Shown here in pieces: positions 23,311 to 34,597 of a DNA stretch of 64,000 bases. Source of the stretch: Heterodontus francisci (lineage: Eukaryota); contig NC_090412.1 in assembly GCF_036365525.1 (NCBI RefSeq), forward strand, positions 5,374,123 through 5,438,122. The letters are read 5' to 3'. Position 1 is the stretch's first letter. Every line of letters starts with the position of its first letter. The position numbers and the translations under genes are program-made. Under the pieces are notes generated by a model, which saw only the letters and a list, made by a program, of their open reading frames with translations, made no database searches and was not told the DNA's origin.

Positions 23311-25335
23311 CAACCCCGGACAGCCCACTTTAACCTCCTTCCTAAAATCCACCAACAGGACTGTCCCGGCAGATCCATCGTTTCACCTTGTTCCTGCCCC
23401 ACTGAACCTATTTCTTCCTATCTTGACTCTATCTTTTCTCCCCTGGTCCAGTCTCTTCCCACCTACATCTGTGACTCTTCTGACGCCCTAGGTCATTTTG
23501 ACAATTTCCAATTTCCTGGCCCTAACCGCCTCCTCTTCACTTTGGACGTCCAATCTCTCTACACCTCCATCCCCCACCAGGACAGTTTGAGGGCTCTCTG
23601 CTTCTTCCTTCAACAGAGTCCCGACTAGTCCTCATCCACCACCACCCTCTTCCGCCTGACTGAACTTGTTCTCACATTGAACAACTTCTCCTTCAACTCA
23701 CTTCCTTCAAGTAAAAGGTGTTGCTGTGGATACCCATTTGGGTCCTAGTTATGCCTGTCTTTTTGTGGGATATGTCGAACATTCCTTGTTCCAGTTCTAC
23801 TCAGGCCCCCTCCCCCAACTGTTTTTCCGGTACATTGATGACTGTATCGGTGCCGTTTCCTGCTCCCGCCCAGAACTGGAAAACTTTATCAGCTTTGCTT
23901 TCAATTTCCACCCTTCTCTCACCTTTACATGGTCCATCTCCGACACTTCCCTCCCCTTCCTCGACCTCCCTGTCTCCCTCTCTGGGGATAGGCTGTCTAC
24001 TAATATTCATTATAAACCGACCGACTCCCACGGCTACCTCGACTACACTTCCCCACACCCTGCCTCCTATAGGGATTCCATTCCATTTTCCCAGTTTCTC
24101 AATCTCCGACGCATCTGCTCTGATGATGCTACCTTCCACAACAGTGCTTCTTATATGTCTTCCTTTTTTCCCCAACTGAGGATTCCCCCCCACTGTTGTT
24201 GACAGGGGCCTCAACCGTGTCCAGCCCATTTCCCGCACCTCTGCCCTCACCCCTTCCCCTCCCTCCCAGAACTGCAACAGGGTTCCCCTTGTCCTCGCTT
24301 TCCACCCCACCAGCCTTCACATCCACCATTTCCACCACCTCCAGCGTGATGCCACTACCAAACGCATCTTCCCCTCCCCTGTCAGCATTCCGAAGGGATT
24401 GTTCCCTCCGCGACACCTTCATCCACTTCTCCATTACTCCTGACACCTCGTCCCCTTCCCTTGCAATCGCAAGAGGTGTAATACCTTCCCTTTACCTCCT
24501 TGCTCCTCACTATCCAAGGCCCCAAACACTCCTTTCAGGTGAAGCAGCGATTTACTTGTACTTCTTTCAATATAGTATACTGTATTCACTGCTCACAATG
24601 TGGTCTCCTCTACATTAGCGAGACCAAACATAAATTGGGTGACTGCTTTGTGGAACACCTCCACTCAGTCTGAAAACATGACCCTGAGCTTCCTGTCGCT
24701 TGCCATTTCAACACACCCCCCCCCCCTGCTCTCAAGCCCACATCTCTGTCCTGGGATTGCTGCAGTGTTCCAGTGAACATCAACGCAAGCTCGAGGAACA
24801 ACATCTCATTTACCGATTAGGCACACTACAGCCTGCCGGACTGAACATTGAGTTCAATAATTTCAGAGCATGACGGGCCCTCCATTTTTTCTAGGTTTAC
24901 TTTGCATTTTTTATTTGTATTTAATTTTATTTTAGTTTGTTTCATCATTACACTTTTTTTGTACCATGTGCCTGCCCACTGTTTTTTTTTCATTTTTTTT
25001 TCATGTTTTTGCTTGTGGCTAGGGCTGTTCATTATTCTGTCATTTAACACCCTCTCTGCGCTAACGCTTTGTCTTTCACCACAGCATTAACACACTCTTT
25101 GTTTTTGCCTTTGCCCCATGACCTCCTTGTCAGTTATTCTCTGTGACCCTCTGTCCTATCAACACCTTCCCATTTGTTCTCTTTTGCCCTACCCCCACTT
25201 TATTTGCTTAAAACCTATTACATTTCTAACCTTTGCCAGTTCTGATGAAAGGTCACTGACTGGAAACATGAACTTTGCTTCTCTCTTCACAGATGCTGCC
25301 TGACCTGCTGAGTAGTTCCAGCACTTTTTTGGTTT
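23311..25335 (+). mobile_element. Penelope-like retroelement (RT + GIY-YIG endonuclease + pLTR), 5'-truncated, decayed
   Basis: Peptides LLPKIH..CPGRSIVS, TLDVQSLYTSIP, GPSYACLF, FRYIDD, PFLD and YKPT; GIY-YIG-like IVYCIHCSQCGLLYISET; pLTR with a hammerhead remnant at 25238-25274. Confidence 0.92.
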
Positions 25336-25579
25336 TATCATCGAATAAATTACGTACCTTGTTATTGCCCATTGAGTCTTTTGTGTGCACAGTAGATATG
25401 TAGTTAATTGTATTGTCAATGTTGTAATCAATTTAACATTTTAAAGCTTTTCGTTGGGATTAATGCAAGGCGATAGGCGCTTTGAATCTCCAATGTTCAG
25501 CATCTTGAAAATCACCTCAACTGGCATTGAGCACTGAGGGGACTTTACTTTGATGTGTAACTGTTAAGATTATTGAAAT

Positions 25580-25945
25580 GCTCAGTTGGCAGCAGTTTCA
25601 CCTCTGAACCAGGGGTAGTGAGTTCAAACCCCATTTCTAGAATTTGAGCACATCATTGAGACCGGCATTCGACTGAGGGGACATCACATGCACGTTAAAC
25701 CAAGGCCTTGTCGTCTTGTCCGAGTAGATATTCAAAATTCCATGGCACTGTTTGAAGAACAGTGAGTTTTCGTATTATCCAGCCTAACATTCATCCCCAG
25801 CCAAAAACAACTTAACTGGTTTTTTCATCTCATTGTTGCCTGTGGGATCTTGCTGCACATGATAAATCAGTTATTGCAGTTCAAAACTAATGGACTGAGT
25901 GGGGGAACTTTGAGACATTCCTGAGAGATGTGCTTTACATGCTAT
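25580..25945 (+). mobile_element. Degenerate DeuSINE
   Basis: Head gctcagttggcagc..gagttcaaaccc; core gttaaaccaaggcc and gtgggatcttgctg. Confidence 0.65.
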
Positions 25946-26514
25946 GTAACCACCCTTTCTTGTAGGGATTTTTTTCCAACTGAGCAACCTCTCAGTATTG
26001 ATGTAAATCAATAGATTGCCATGGACCATGTCTCCTAATCGTGGGTTCATGTGATTGGACAAAGTTTAGCCAATTTTTCTTGGTCCACACCAAGATTTTG
26101 CTTTGAATCAATTGGGTAATGAAGTTTTCATCTTACTGCTTACGTTCCTGGTTAAATCCCAAAGCAAAAGCACCTCTTTAATCCTGAACCAGCCTTTCTA
26201 ATGAATGCAAGTAAACACACTAACACTATCACTACTTAATGCGTGTTAATTCTTTAGCCTTGTAGATTCAATTAGCTTAATAGAATATTTATAATTATTC
26301 TCCTCTAATTTTACAACAGTTAGCTGACTAAAGTAGATAATTCATTCAACTAATAGGACCTAATCTAATCCTACTTGTCATTCCTTGAAGCCAAGTCAAA
26401 ACATGTGGAGCATTGTAATAAATCTACTGCTGCTACAGCCACTGTGCACGTTTTTAGTCAAATGAGTGATACTTCTAAATTATGGCCAAGTTTGAATCAT
26501 TTTTATGAAATCTA

Positions 26515-26755
26515 ATTGGGAATTCAAAAGAAACTTCTTTATCCAGAGAGTGGTTAGAATATGGAACTTGCTACCACAGGGAGTGCTTGAGGTGAATAGC
26601 ATAGATGCATTTAAGGGGAAGCTCGATAAACACTTAAGGGAGAAAGGAATGGAAGGATATGTAGAGAGGGTGAGACGAAGGGGGCAGGAGGAGCATAAAG
26701 ACCGACGTGGACTAGTTGGGTCAAATGGCCATTTCTGTGCTGTAGACGGAATGTG
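26515..26755 (+). mobile_element. CR1 3' fragment
   Basis: Peptide KRNFFIQRVVRIWNLLP..FKGKLDKHL. Confidence 0.85.
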
Positions 26756-27129
26756 ATTTGCTTTTTTGGTTTTATTCTACAGGCCATGGTAAAGAAGAAA
26801 CTTTCCCAACAATTTGCATCAACTTCTTCCAGAGTACTGTCTACTCCTGCTCATGAACATTCAGGTACTTGGGAAGATTTTAGCTCCTATTGCTGTGGTG
26901 CATCTGTCATTGCAAAGTTAAGTGTTATCTTGAATGCACAGCTACTTGTGCTGACTGTGAATCAGACACACTCACCATCTCCATTCTCCAACACCCGAGT
27001 GTTCCCACTGTGTGAAGCTCGGCACCAAGAGGGCTGAATTGTAAAAGCAAGTCCAATATTCCACTAGCGCAATCAAGTTTAGACTTGCTAAAAAAAATTG
27101 CTATTTGAAAGGCCCACCCTTCCTCGACG

Positions 27130-28020
27130 CTGCTTAGTTCTGGACGCGCATCTTAACAAGGATACATTGGCCTTGGAAGAAGTGCAATGCAGATTCATCA
27201 GAATTTTACCACAGCTCGAGGGCTAAATTATGATAAGAGATTACATAAATTAGGCTTGTATTCCCTGGAATTTTTTTCAAATTCATTTTGTGGGGTGTGG
27301 GTGTTGCTGGGTCAGCCAGCGTTTGTTGCTCATTCCTAATTTTGCCCTTGAACTGAGTGGCTCACTAGTCCATTTCAGAGGGCATTTTAAGAGTCAACCT
27401 GATTACTGTGGGTCTGGAGTCACATGTAGGCCAGACCAGGTAAGGACAGCAGATTTCCTTTCCTAAAGAACATTAGTGAACCAGATGGGTTTTTACAACA
27501 ATTGACAATGATCATCATTAGACTAGCTCTTTTTTTCAAATTTCAGATTTATTAATTGGATTCAATTTTCATCATCTGCTGTGGTGGGATTTGAACCCAT
27601 GTCACCAGAGCATTTGCTGGGGCTCTGGATTACTAGTCCAGCAACATTACCTTGATGGTTTTAGGATTTGGCAGGAATTGTTGTGGTAGATAGAGAAAAA
27701 CATTTTCCACTGGTGGGAAAGTCTAGGACAAGAGGGCAGAACCTTACAATCAGAGCCAGGCCATTCAGGGGAGAAGTTAGGAAACACTTCTTTACGTAAA
27801 GGGTGGTAGAAGTGTGAAACTCTCACCCACAAAAAGCAGTAGATGCTGGGGCTCAATTAATCATTTTCAATCTGAGATTGATAGATTTTTGCTAGACAAG
27901 GGTATAAAAGACGATAGAGCCAAGGCGAGTGGATGGAGTTAAAATACAGATCAGGCATTATGCCAATGAATGGAGGAACAGGCTCAATGGGCTGAATGGC
28001 CTCCTCTTGTTCCTATGTTC
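27130..28020 (+). mobile_element. CR1 3' fragment interrupted by a SINE at 27272-27650
   Basis: KDTLALEEVQCRF before the SINE and EKHFPLVGKSRTRG..RKHFFT after it; CR1 tail. Confidence 0.75.
27272..27650 (-). mobile_element. tRNA-derived SINE (partner of LINE family B)
   Basis: Reverse complement of the 55412-55781 family. Confidence 0.8.
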
Positions 28021-29431
28021 ATCACTGCACCTCATCCAAAACAAACTCATTCAGCAACCCAGTCTTGCTGATCTACACTGCACTTAGCCCTCTAATACAT
28101 TAAATTTTACATTCTTGCCCTCAGCTTCAATCTTTCCTTGTCCTCACCCTCAACTTATCTCTACAACCTCCTCTAGCTTTAGATCTGCTCTCACGCCCTT
28201 TGGTCCTCCAACTCTCGACTTTTTACCACCTCCCTTTGTGCTGGAATTGGTGAGGACCATTCAGCTGTTTGAGTTCCATTCTCAGGAACTCGACATAATC
28301 GCCTCTTGCTTCCCCTCCTGCTCCCGCTCAATTAACATTCCTCTCAAACCTGAATTTATTGGCCAAGCTTTCAGCCACCCTCCTGCTCTTTCCTTGCACA
28401 GATTTCTATGGAGCACCACCTACTGAACAGATCATCATGTGGCAAAACATGGTTAGCCAGAATACACTGACCAGTGCTCTCAGTTAGAACCCTGGACCTC
28501 ACTAAATTTACCTGGGTGGCGGGCAGCCAAAAGTATATTCCAGTTCATAGAGAACATTGTAGCAGTGTGAGATGGCCATTCCAGATTGATAAATGGCTAG
28601 CATTTCCATGATTGGCTCAAATATCAGCAACCACATGTGCAGCATTGTGACAGTCACACAGCAATAACCACATGGAATTGTCTTCACTCACTCTGAGTCT
28701 TCAGAGACTTTGATACATAACTGTGTCATCTGCTGCTGAGAGACTGCAGCTGAGGTATGGTGCAGGGTTCACAATGAATCTTGCCCTCCACAGACCTTCC
28801 CTTTCGTTCTTTCCTTCCCCCGCATCCCCCCCCCCTTTTTCCTTGCATCTGTAGTTGCTAATAAACTAAGTCTTTAACTTCTCCAAGTTGTGGTGAAAAG
28901 TCATTGGCCTGAAATGTTAGCTCTGTTTCTTTCTCCACAGGGATTCTGGTGAGATGACTTACAACCAGAGAGACAGCACATTATGCAGAGGACCCTCTCC
29001 TGAGTTAATGGTTATTCTACCTCTCTTGTAATGGCTCATTGTTTAAAATGCTTGGGGACATTTTCTGATGGACGACCTATTGGTGTCAGTGCCTAGAGCA
29101 TTAAATTCCTGCCAGTATTACTTTAGGACTGTGTTAACCTGTTCATTTAAGAAATAGCCTTAAGCACCAAAAGATGGCCGAGTAGAAATTGTCCCAGCCA
29201 TCATCACCTGTCTCATTGTAGTATTCCGCAAGTCAGATCCAGGGGAGTTAAAACATCAACTTAGCTGATATACAAAAGGTGCAAGTAATGTTTTAAAGCA
29301 AACAATTCAAATTAAGTTAGGAAAAACAAGAATGAAATCAAAGTGATGGAAGATAAATGGCTAACTCAGTTTTACGTAGTGTATATCAGCATGTAGTGTG
29401 TCATCTGAACAACATTAATTCAGCATTTACA

Positions 29432-30240
29432 AACAACACAAAACTTGGAAGTATTGTGAACTGTGAGGAGGATAGTGAAAGATTTGAAAAGGACATAGAC
29501 AGGCTGGTGGAATGGGCAGATGAAATTTAATGCAGAGAAATGTGAAGTGCTACATTTTTGTAGGAAGAATGAGGCGAGGCAATATAACCTAAAAGGTGTG
29601 ATTCTAAAGAGGGTGCAGGAGCAGAGAGACCTGGGGGTGTATGTGCACAAAACGCTGAAGGTGACAGGGCAGGTTGAGAATGTGGTTAAAAAGGCATGCG
29701 GGATCCTGGGCTTTATAAATTGAGGCATAGCGTGCAAAAGCATGGAAGGTATGATGAGCCTTTGTCAAACTCTGGTTTGCCCTCAGCTGCAGTATTATGG
29801 CCAATTCTGGGCACCACACTTCAGGAAGGATGTGACAGCTTTAGAGAAGGTGCAAAAAAGGATTTACGAGAATGGTTCCAGGGATGAAAGACTTCAGTTA
29901 CATGGATAGATTGGAGAAACTGGGGTTGTTCTCCTTCGAGAAGAGAATTTTCAGAGGAGATTTGGTAGAGGTGTTCAAAATCATGAGGGGTCTAGATGGA
30001 GAGATTGTCCCCGTTGGTGAAGGGGTCAAGAACCCGAGGACACAGATTTATGGTGAATGGCAAATGAACCAAAGGCGGTGTGAGGAAATCCTGCCAGAGG
30101 TGGGTCATAAAAAGCTTCTCATTAGAGTCAGAAATGGTCCTGACTCGCACTCCTAGCCTAAGGGCAGATGATTCCGCCCACAGAGAGATGGTGTAGATTC
30201 GATGGGCTGAATGGCCTCCTTCTGTGTTGTAACCATTCTA
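29432..30240 (+). mobile_element. CR1 LINE fragment (interrupted at about 30085-30180)
   Basis: Peptides MKFNAEKCEVLHF..QRDLGVYV and RLEKLGLFS..RGDLVEVFKI. Confidence 0.88.
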
Positions 30241-32295
30241 TGAGTCAACTGTGCATTATGATGCAGACAAATTAGATAAATAATGAGTTTTCGAGACCTT
30301 TTATAGATCAATGCAGCTTCAAAATCCAGTATCGCTGAATGATCCATAATATCAATGTACAAGTATACAGCAATGTCTACTATGGCCAGATATGACCAGC
30401 ACTCAGCACTGTAACTGTTGCTGCATCGATCATAATTACCTAAGTTTGTTTTTTGAAGATTTAAGGTCAAGTTTAAGAATATTATTCATTACAAATTGGA
30501 AAAAGTGAGGCGTTAGGATATGCATTGCTCCTTGAAATTAGAAACACAATCCATTTTAAGACTTGCCATTGAGTAATCTGGTGGAAACTTCCTCTGAGTG
30601 AACAGCATATGCTCTATACCGATAAGTGCTACTTTATACAAATTTCCTGGAATAAATGCAATATTTTTTCTGGAGAGTGGTGGTGGAGGTTGAGAATAAT
30701 CCCTCAGTTTGAAAAATTAACCTTAAAATACAAGAATTAAAAAGCAGAGTGCTGAGCAATCAATAATGGGCCCTGTAATACTTTATGATTATGACTGGTT
30801 GCTGTTAAGCCAATTATGATTCACCTCATTAACATCCAGGTTAATTATGTAGAGGACGTACATATTTCAGCACCCGCATTCTACCCATTGGCTCCTCAAT
30901 GGGGACTTCAAGCTTCCCTTCACAGATAATGGTTTTTAATGCTTGTCTATTTGTAATAGGCGGATAGGTAGAACAAAGGCAATTTTTCAAATAGTGAATA
31001 TTGCGATGATTTTAGCACATGCCAGTATGACATGGCTCTCTGTACTGAAGACTAACATTGAGTTAGTGATCAAAAAGGACATCATATGCTTTCCTTGGCC
31101 AACTCTCATCACTTCTTCCACATGCTAAATTCTGTTTATGTTCGTTCACCTGTGATAAGCACCAATAAAATTAGGCAAATGGAAGAAGAATGAGAGCAAG
31201 AAAGATTTGTCACTTCCATCACTCTAACATTAACAACCGTGCTTTTAGTTGCCGAAACTCTAAACTCTTCTGTTTCTAAAACACCCTCACCCTCTCCACC
31301 TCTCTCTCCTTCTTTAAGTCTCTACTAAAAATCACCTCTTTGACCAAACATTTAGTCAGAATCTCAAGGCTTCTTACAAACCAAGAGCTACTTTTTTCAG
31401 GGTCAAACAAAGGACTTTTAATCACAAGATCCCACAAGCAGCAAAAATTTGAACCGATTTGATTTGAGGGAGAACGTGTTGCTTTTCTTCAAGGGCCATG
31501 GCTCTTTTACAGTGATCCAAACCATGGAATATTTGTAAATTATATAATCTATATTCCGTGTAAATAATTTTCATATTATCTAACTTCATGTATTTTTACT
31601 TTTAGCATACAAGACTTATCTTTGGAAAGAAGGGGGATGTTACGTGATTGTCTTTAAGATCCTCAGTGGTGCATTGGAGTGGATTATTTGCTGGAATGAT
31701 GCATGAATGTACAACTTTCTGATTGCAAAACAAAGCTTCTACCAAATAAGCAAGCTGCCAATAAAATAATTGCTGAACTGTTGATACCCAATGTGGATAA
31801 AGAACAGAACAAGTTTAATACTTTGTACTTTAGAGAAATATGGAACAGTTATGAGGCTGATTGCTATCAGGAGCATTTTCATCAACACAGAATGAACATT
31901 TTGTCTTTAAGGAATTCATATGCTTTGTTCCTTTTAGATGCTGAAGGTCCTTTGTCCAAGAAAGACTCAGTATTGTCTGGGCCAAGCATGTTTTCATTAA
32001 AAAGGAGGCATTTTCTCTTTTGCAGCACTTTACAGAAACTACAATATGAAGGAAGTCTTTTGTGTTGGAAGCTATCAGAACAAGGTTCCAATCATCAGCT
32101 GGAATGAAAATAGAGTGTGGATTTTTTTCTCACTTCTTTGTGTGAATGTGTTCTGTCTCTCTCACCTTGTGAGGATGCTGGATACCAATGAGATGAGACT
32201 GATGTCATTAGCAACCAAGGAAATGTGTACTGAACAAAGGAAATGTCAAATATGAGATTTCTAGCAAAGTCTAAGCAAAAAGGAAAATAAAAAAA

Positions 32296-32720
32296 TCTTG
32301 TGTTTCTCCAGAGCCTTTCACAATCTCAGGACATCCCAATGTGCTTTACAATGAAGTACATTTGAAGTATAGTAGTAAAATACATCTGACAAAAGGTCAT
32401 CGACCTGAAACATTCTCTGTTTCTCTCTCCACAGATGCTGCCAGACCTGATGAGCATCTCCAGCATTTTCTGTTCTTACTTTTGCAGTGTGCTCACTGTT
32501 GTAATGTAGGAAACACAGCAGCCAATTTGCGCACAGCAAGCTCCCACAAACAGCAATGAAATAAATGACAAGATCATCTGTTTTTGTGATATTTATTGAG
32601 GGATTAATATTAACCAGGACACTGGGGAGAACGCCACTGCTCTTCTTCGAAATCGTGGCCGTGGGCTGATTTGCATCCACCTGAGAGAGCAGACGGAGCT
32701 TCAGTTTAACATTTCGCCTA
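32296..32720 (-). mobile_element. DeuSINE interrupted by a Penelope pLTR module
   Basis: The family sequence stops at 32373 and resumes at 32477. Confidence 0.85.
32374..32476 (+). mobile_element. Solo Penelope pLTR/hammerhead module (core mutated)
   Basis: ctgacaaaaggtcatcgacctgaaacatt..ctctctccacagatgctgccagacctg; degenerate 17-bp TSD. Confidence 0.8.
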
Positions 32721-33289
32721 AGACGGTAAAAGGTAGAAATTGTTTTCTGGATGAAACCAGAGTAACTAAGGATTTTTTTATTATTAATATTTGTATTCTA
32801 CCTGTGGTGGTCAGCAGATGAATATAAGTTTATTTTTATATCTAAGTTACTTTTGGGAGGGAGACTTCGCAACCTTGCTCTACAGACCTACCCACAGCCT
32901 GCAAATACATTGCTGCAGGATTCCCATCACACATGCAGCGTCATTGTTAAATGTTAAATGCAGAGGCTGAGCAGCTGAATATAAAATAGTTTTAAATGCT
33001 ATTGGAGCCTATTTTCAATCAATCTTGTATTTCTAGAAGTTCTTAAAAAAAAAGTACAACCACATACTTGACAGTTACATCATTGAAAATGCCGCAACGT
33101 TGCAATTGCACTTTGGGTTTCGAGAAAGACTCAAAATTGAGAGTTGTGACAGCATCTGCTGCTGTGCATGTGATAGCTTGATCTGCACCACTTGCTGTGT
33201 AGGTAGAAAACCCTGGGTTTAAAATCCTAGCAGTTCCTCTCCAACATTCAACAGCTAGTTCCAATGACAAATGAGAAAACAGAGCATTT

Positions 33290-33575
33290 CTTTGGTAACC
33301 GGGGTCTATAATTTTAATTCCAGCACCAAAGAACAAAGAGAGGGCTCCAGGAGATATTTTTTATATTGTGTGTTCATTGGACATTTAAATACCCTCCCAC
33401 AGAGAGTGGTGGAAGCAGAATTCAGAATTGCTTTCAAATAGGTCATTTGAAAAATGAAAAGAGAAGGGTATAGGTAAAGGACAATGGAATTGGATGAAAT
33501 GGGTAGATGTTTCCAAGAGCCAGTCAAGGCATAATGAGCCAAACAGCCTCCATCTTTACTGTAATGTCCTGTAAT
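33290..33575 (+). mobile_element. Degenerate CR1 3' fragment
   Basis: ctcccacagagagtggtggaagcagaattcagaattgctttcaaa plus a tail remnant. Confidence 0.6.
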
Positions 33576-33714
33576 GTTTCACAAGATAGATACAGATGGA
33601 GAAAGTGATTGTGCAGTCCTTATGCACCAGAGCTGAATTCCAGCAATGCTTCAATTAAGAGGAATCATGAGGTACTTTGCATTGCTACAAATGAAATAAT
33701 GACATCTTTTATGT

Positions 33715-34015
33715 CAGGTTGCCTCAGTTGATACTATTTTCACCCCAGAGTCTGAAGCTTATGGATCCAAGCCCTGTTCAAGGGCATGAGCACACAATCT
33801 GATGCCCTATACATTAATGAGGGAGTGTTACAGTAACTGGAAAATTAAACAACATACCCCACCTGATATTCAATTGACTCAAATTGAAAATTCAGTGACA
33901 CTATTTCAAGAAGAGTAGGGAGTCTGTGATCTCCTGGTCAACATTCCTCCCTCAACCAACATCACCAAAATAAATTCATTGGTCTTTCCTCTCACTGTCT
34001 GTGGGATCTTGCTCT
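33715..34015 (+). mobile_element. Degenerate DeuSINE
   Basis: ctatttcaagaagagtagggag..cctcaaccaacatcacc..gtgggatcttgct. Confidence 0.65.
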
Positions 34016-34597
34016 GTGTCTCCATGCCTTTGTTACCTCCAAACTTGATTGTTCCAATACTTGCTTCATGGGCTTCCTATTTTCCACTATTCATAAGCTT
34101 GAGCTCATCGAAAACCCTGCTGTCTGCAGCGTAACTCGCACCAAGTCCCATTCACTCATCACTCCTGTGCTCACAGACCTCCATTAGCCATCAGTCTGGC
34201 AAAGCCTCAATTTTAAAATTCTCATCCTTGTTTTCAAATCCCTCCATGGCCTCACCGCTACCATTCCTGTAACCTTCTTCAGCCAACAGCTCTGAGAGAT
34301 CTCGGCACTCCTCCAGTTCTGGCCTCTTGGGCATCTCCGATTTTAATTGCTCCACCAATGGTGGCCATGCCTTCAGCTGCCTGGGCCCTAAGGTCTGGAA
34401 TTCCCTCCCTAATCCTCTCCACCTCTCTACGTCTCTCTTCTCCTCGAAGACTTCCGCTAACCCTATCTCTTGGAGCAAGATTTTGGTTGTCTGCCCTAAT
34501 ATCTCCCTATGTGGCTCAGTGTCAGATTCTGTTAGATATTGCTCCTGTGAAGCGCCATGTATGTTAAAGGTGTTATATAAATACAAGTTGTTGTTGT
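34016..34597 (+). mobile_element. L2 LINE 3' fragment
   Basis: Peptides HAFVTSKLDCSN and GGHAFSCLGPKVWNSLP; L2 tail. Confidence 0.88.

Noticed and set aside
8609-26864. Joining candidate exons A, B and C into one named gene
   Set aside because: Phases are not directly compatible and no known protein was recognised, so no gene symbol is assigned.
31703-32107. 134-aa ORF in unique DNA
   Set aside because: No recognisable domain, no convincing splice or start context, and a length compatible with chance.
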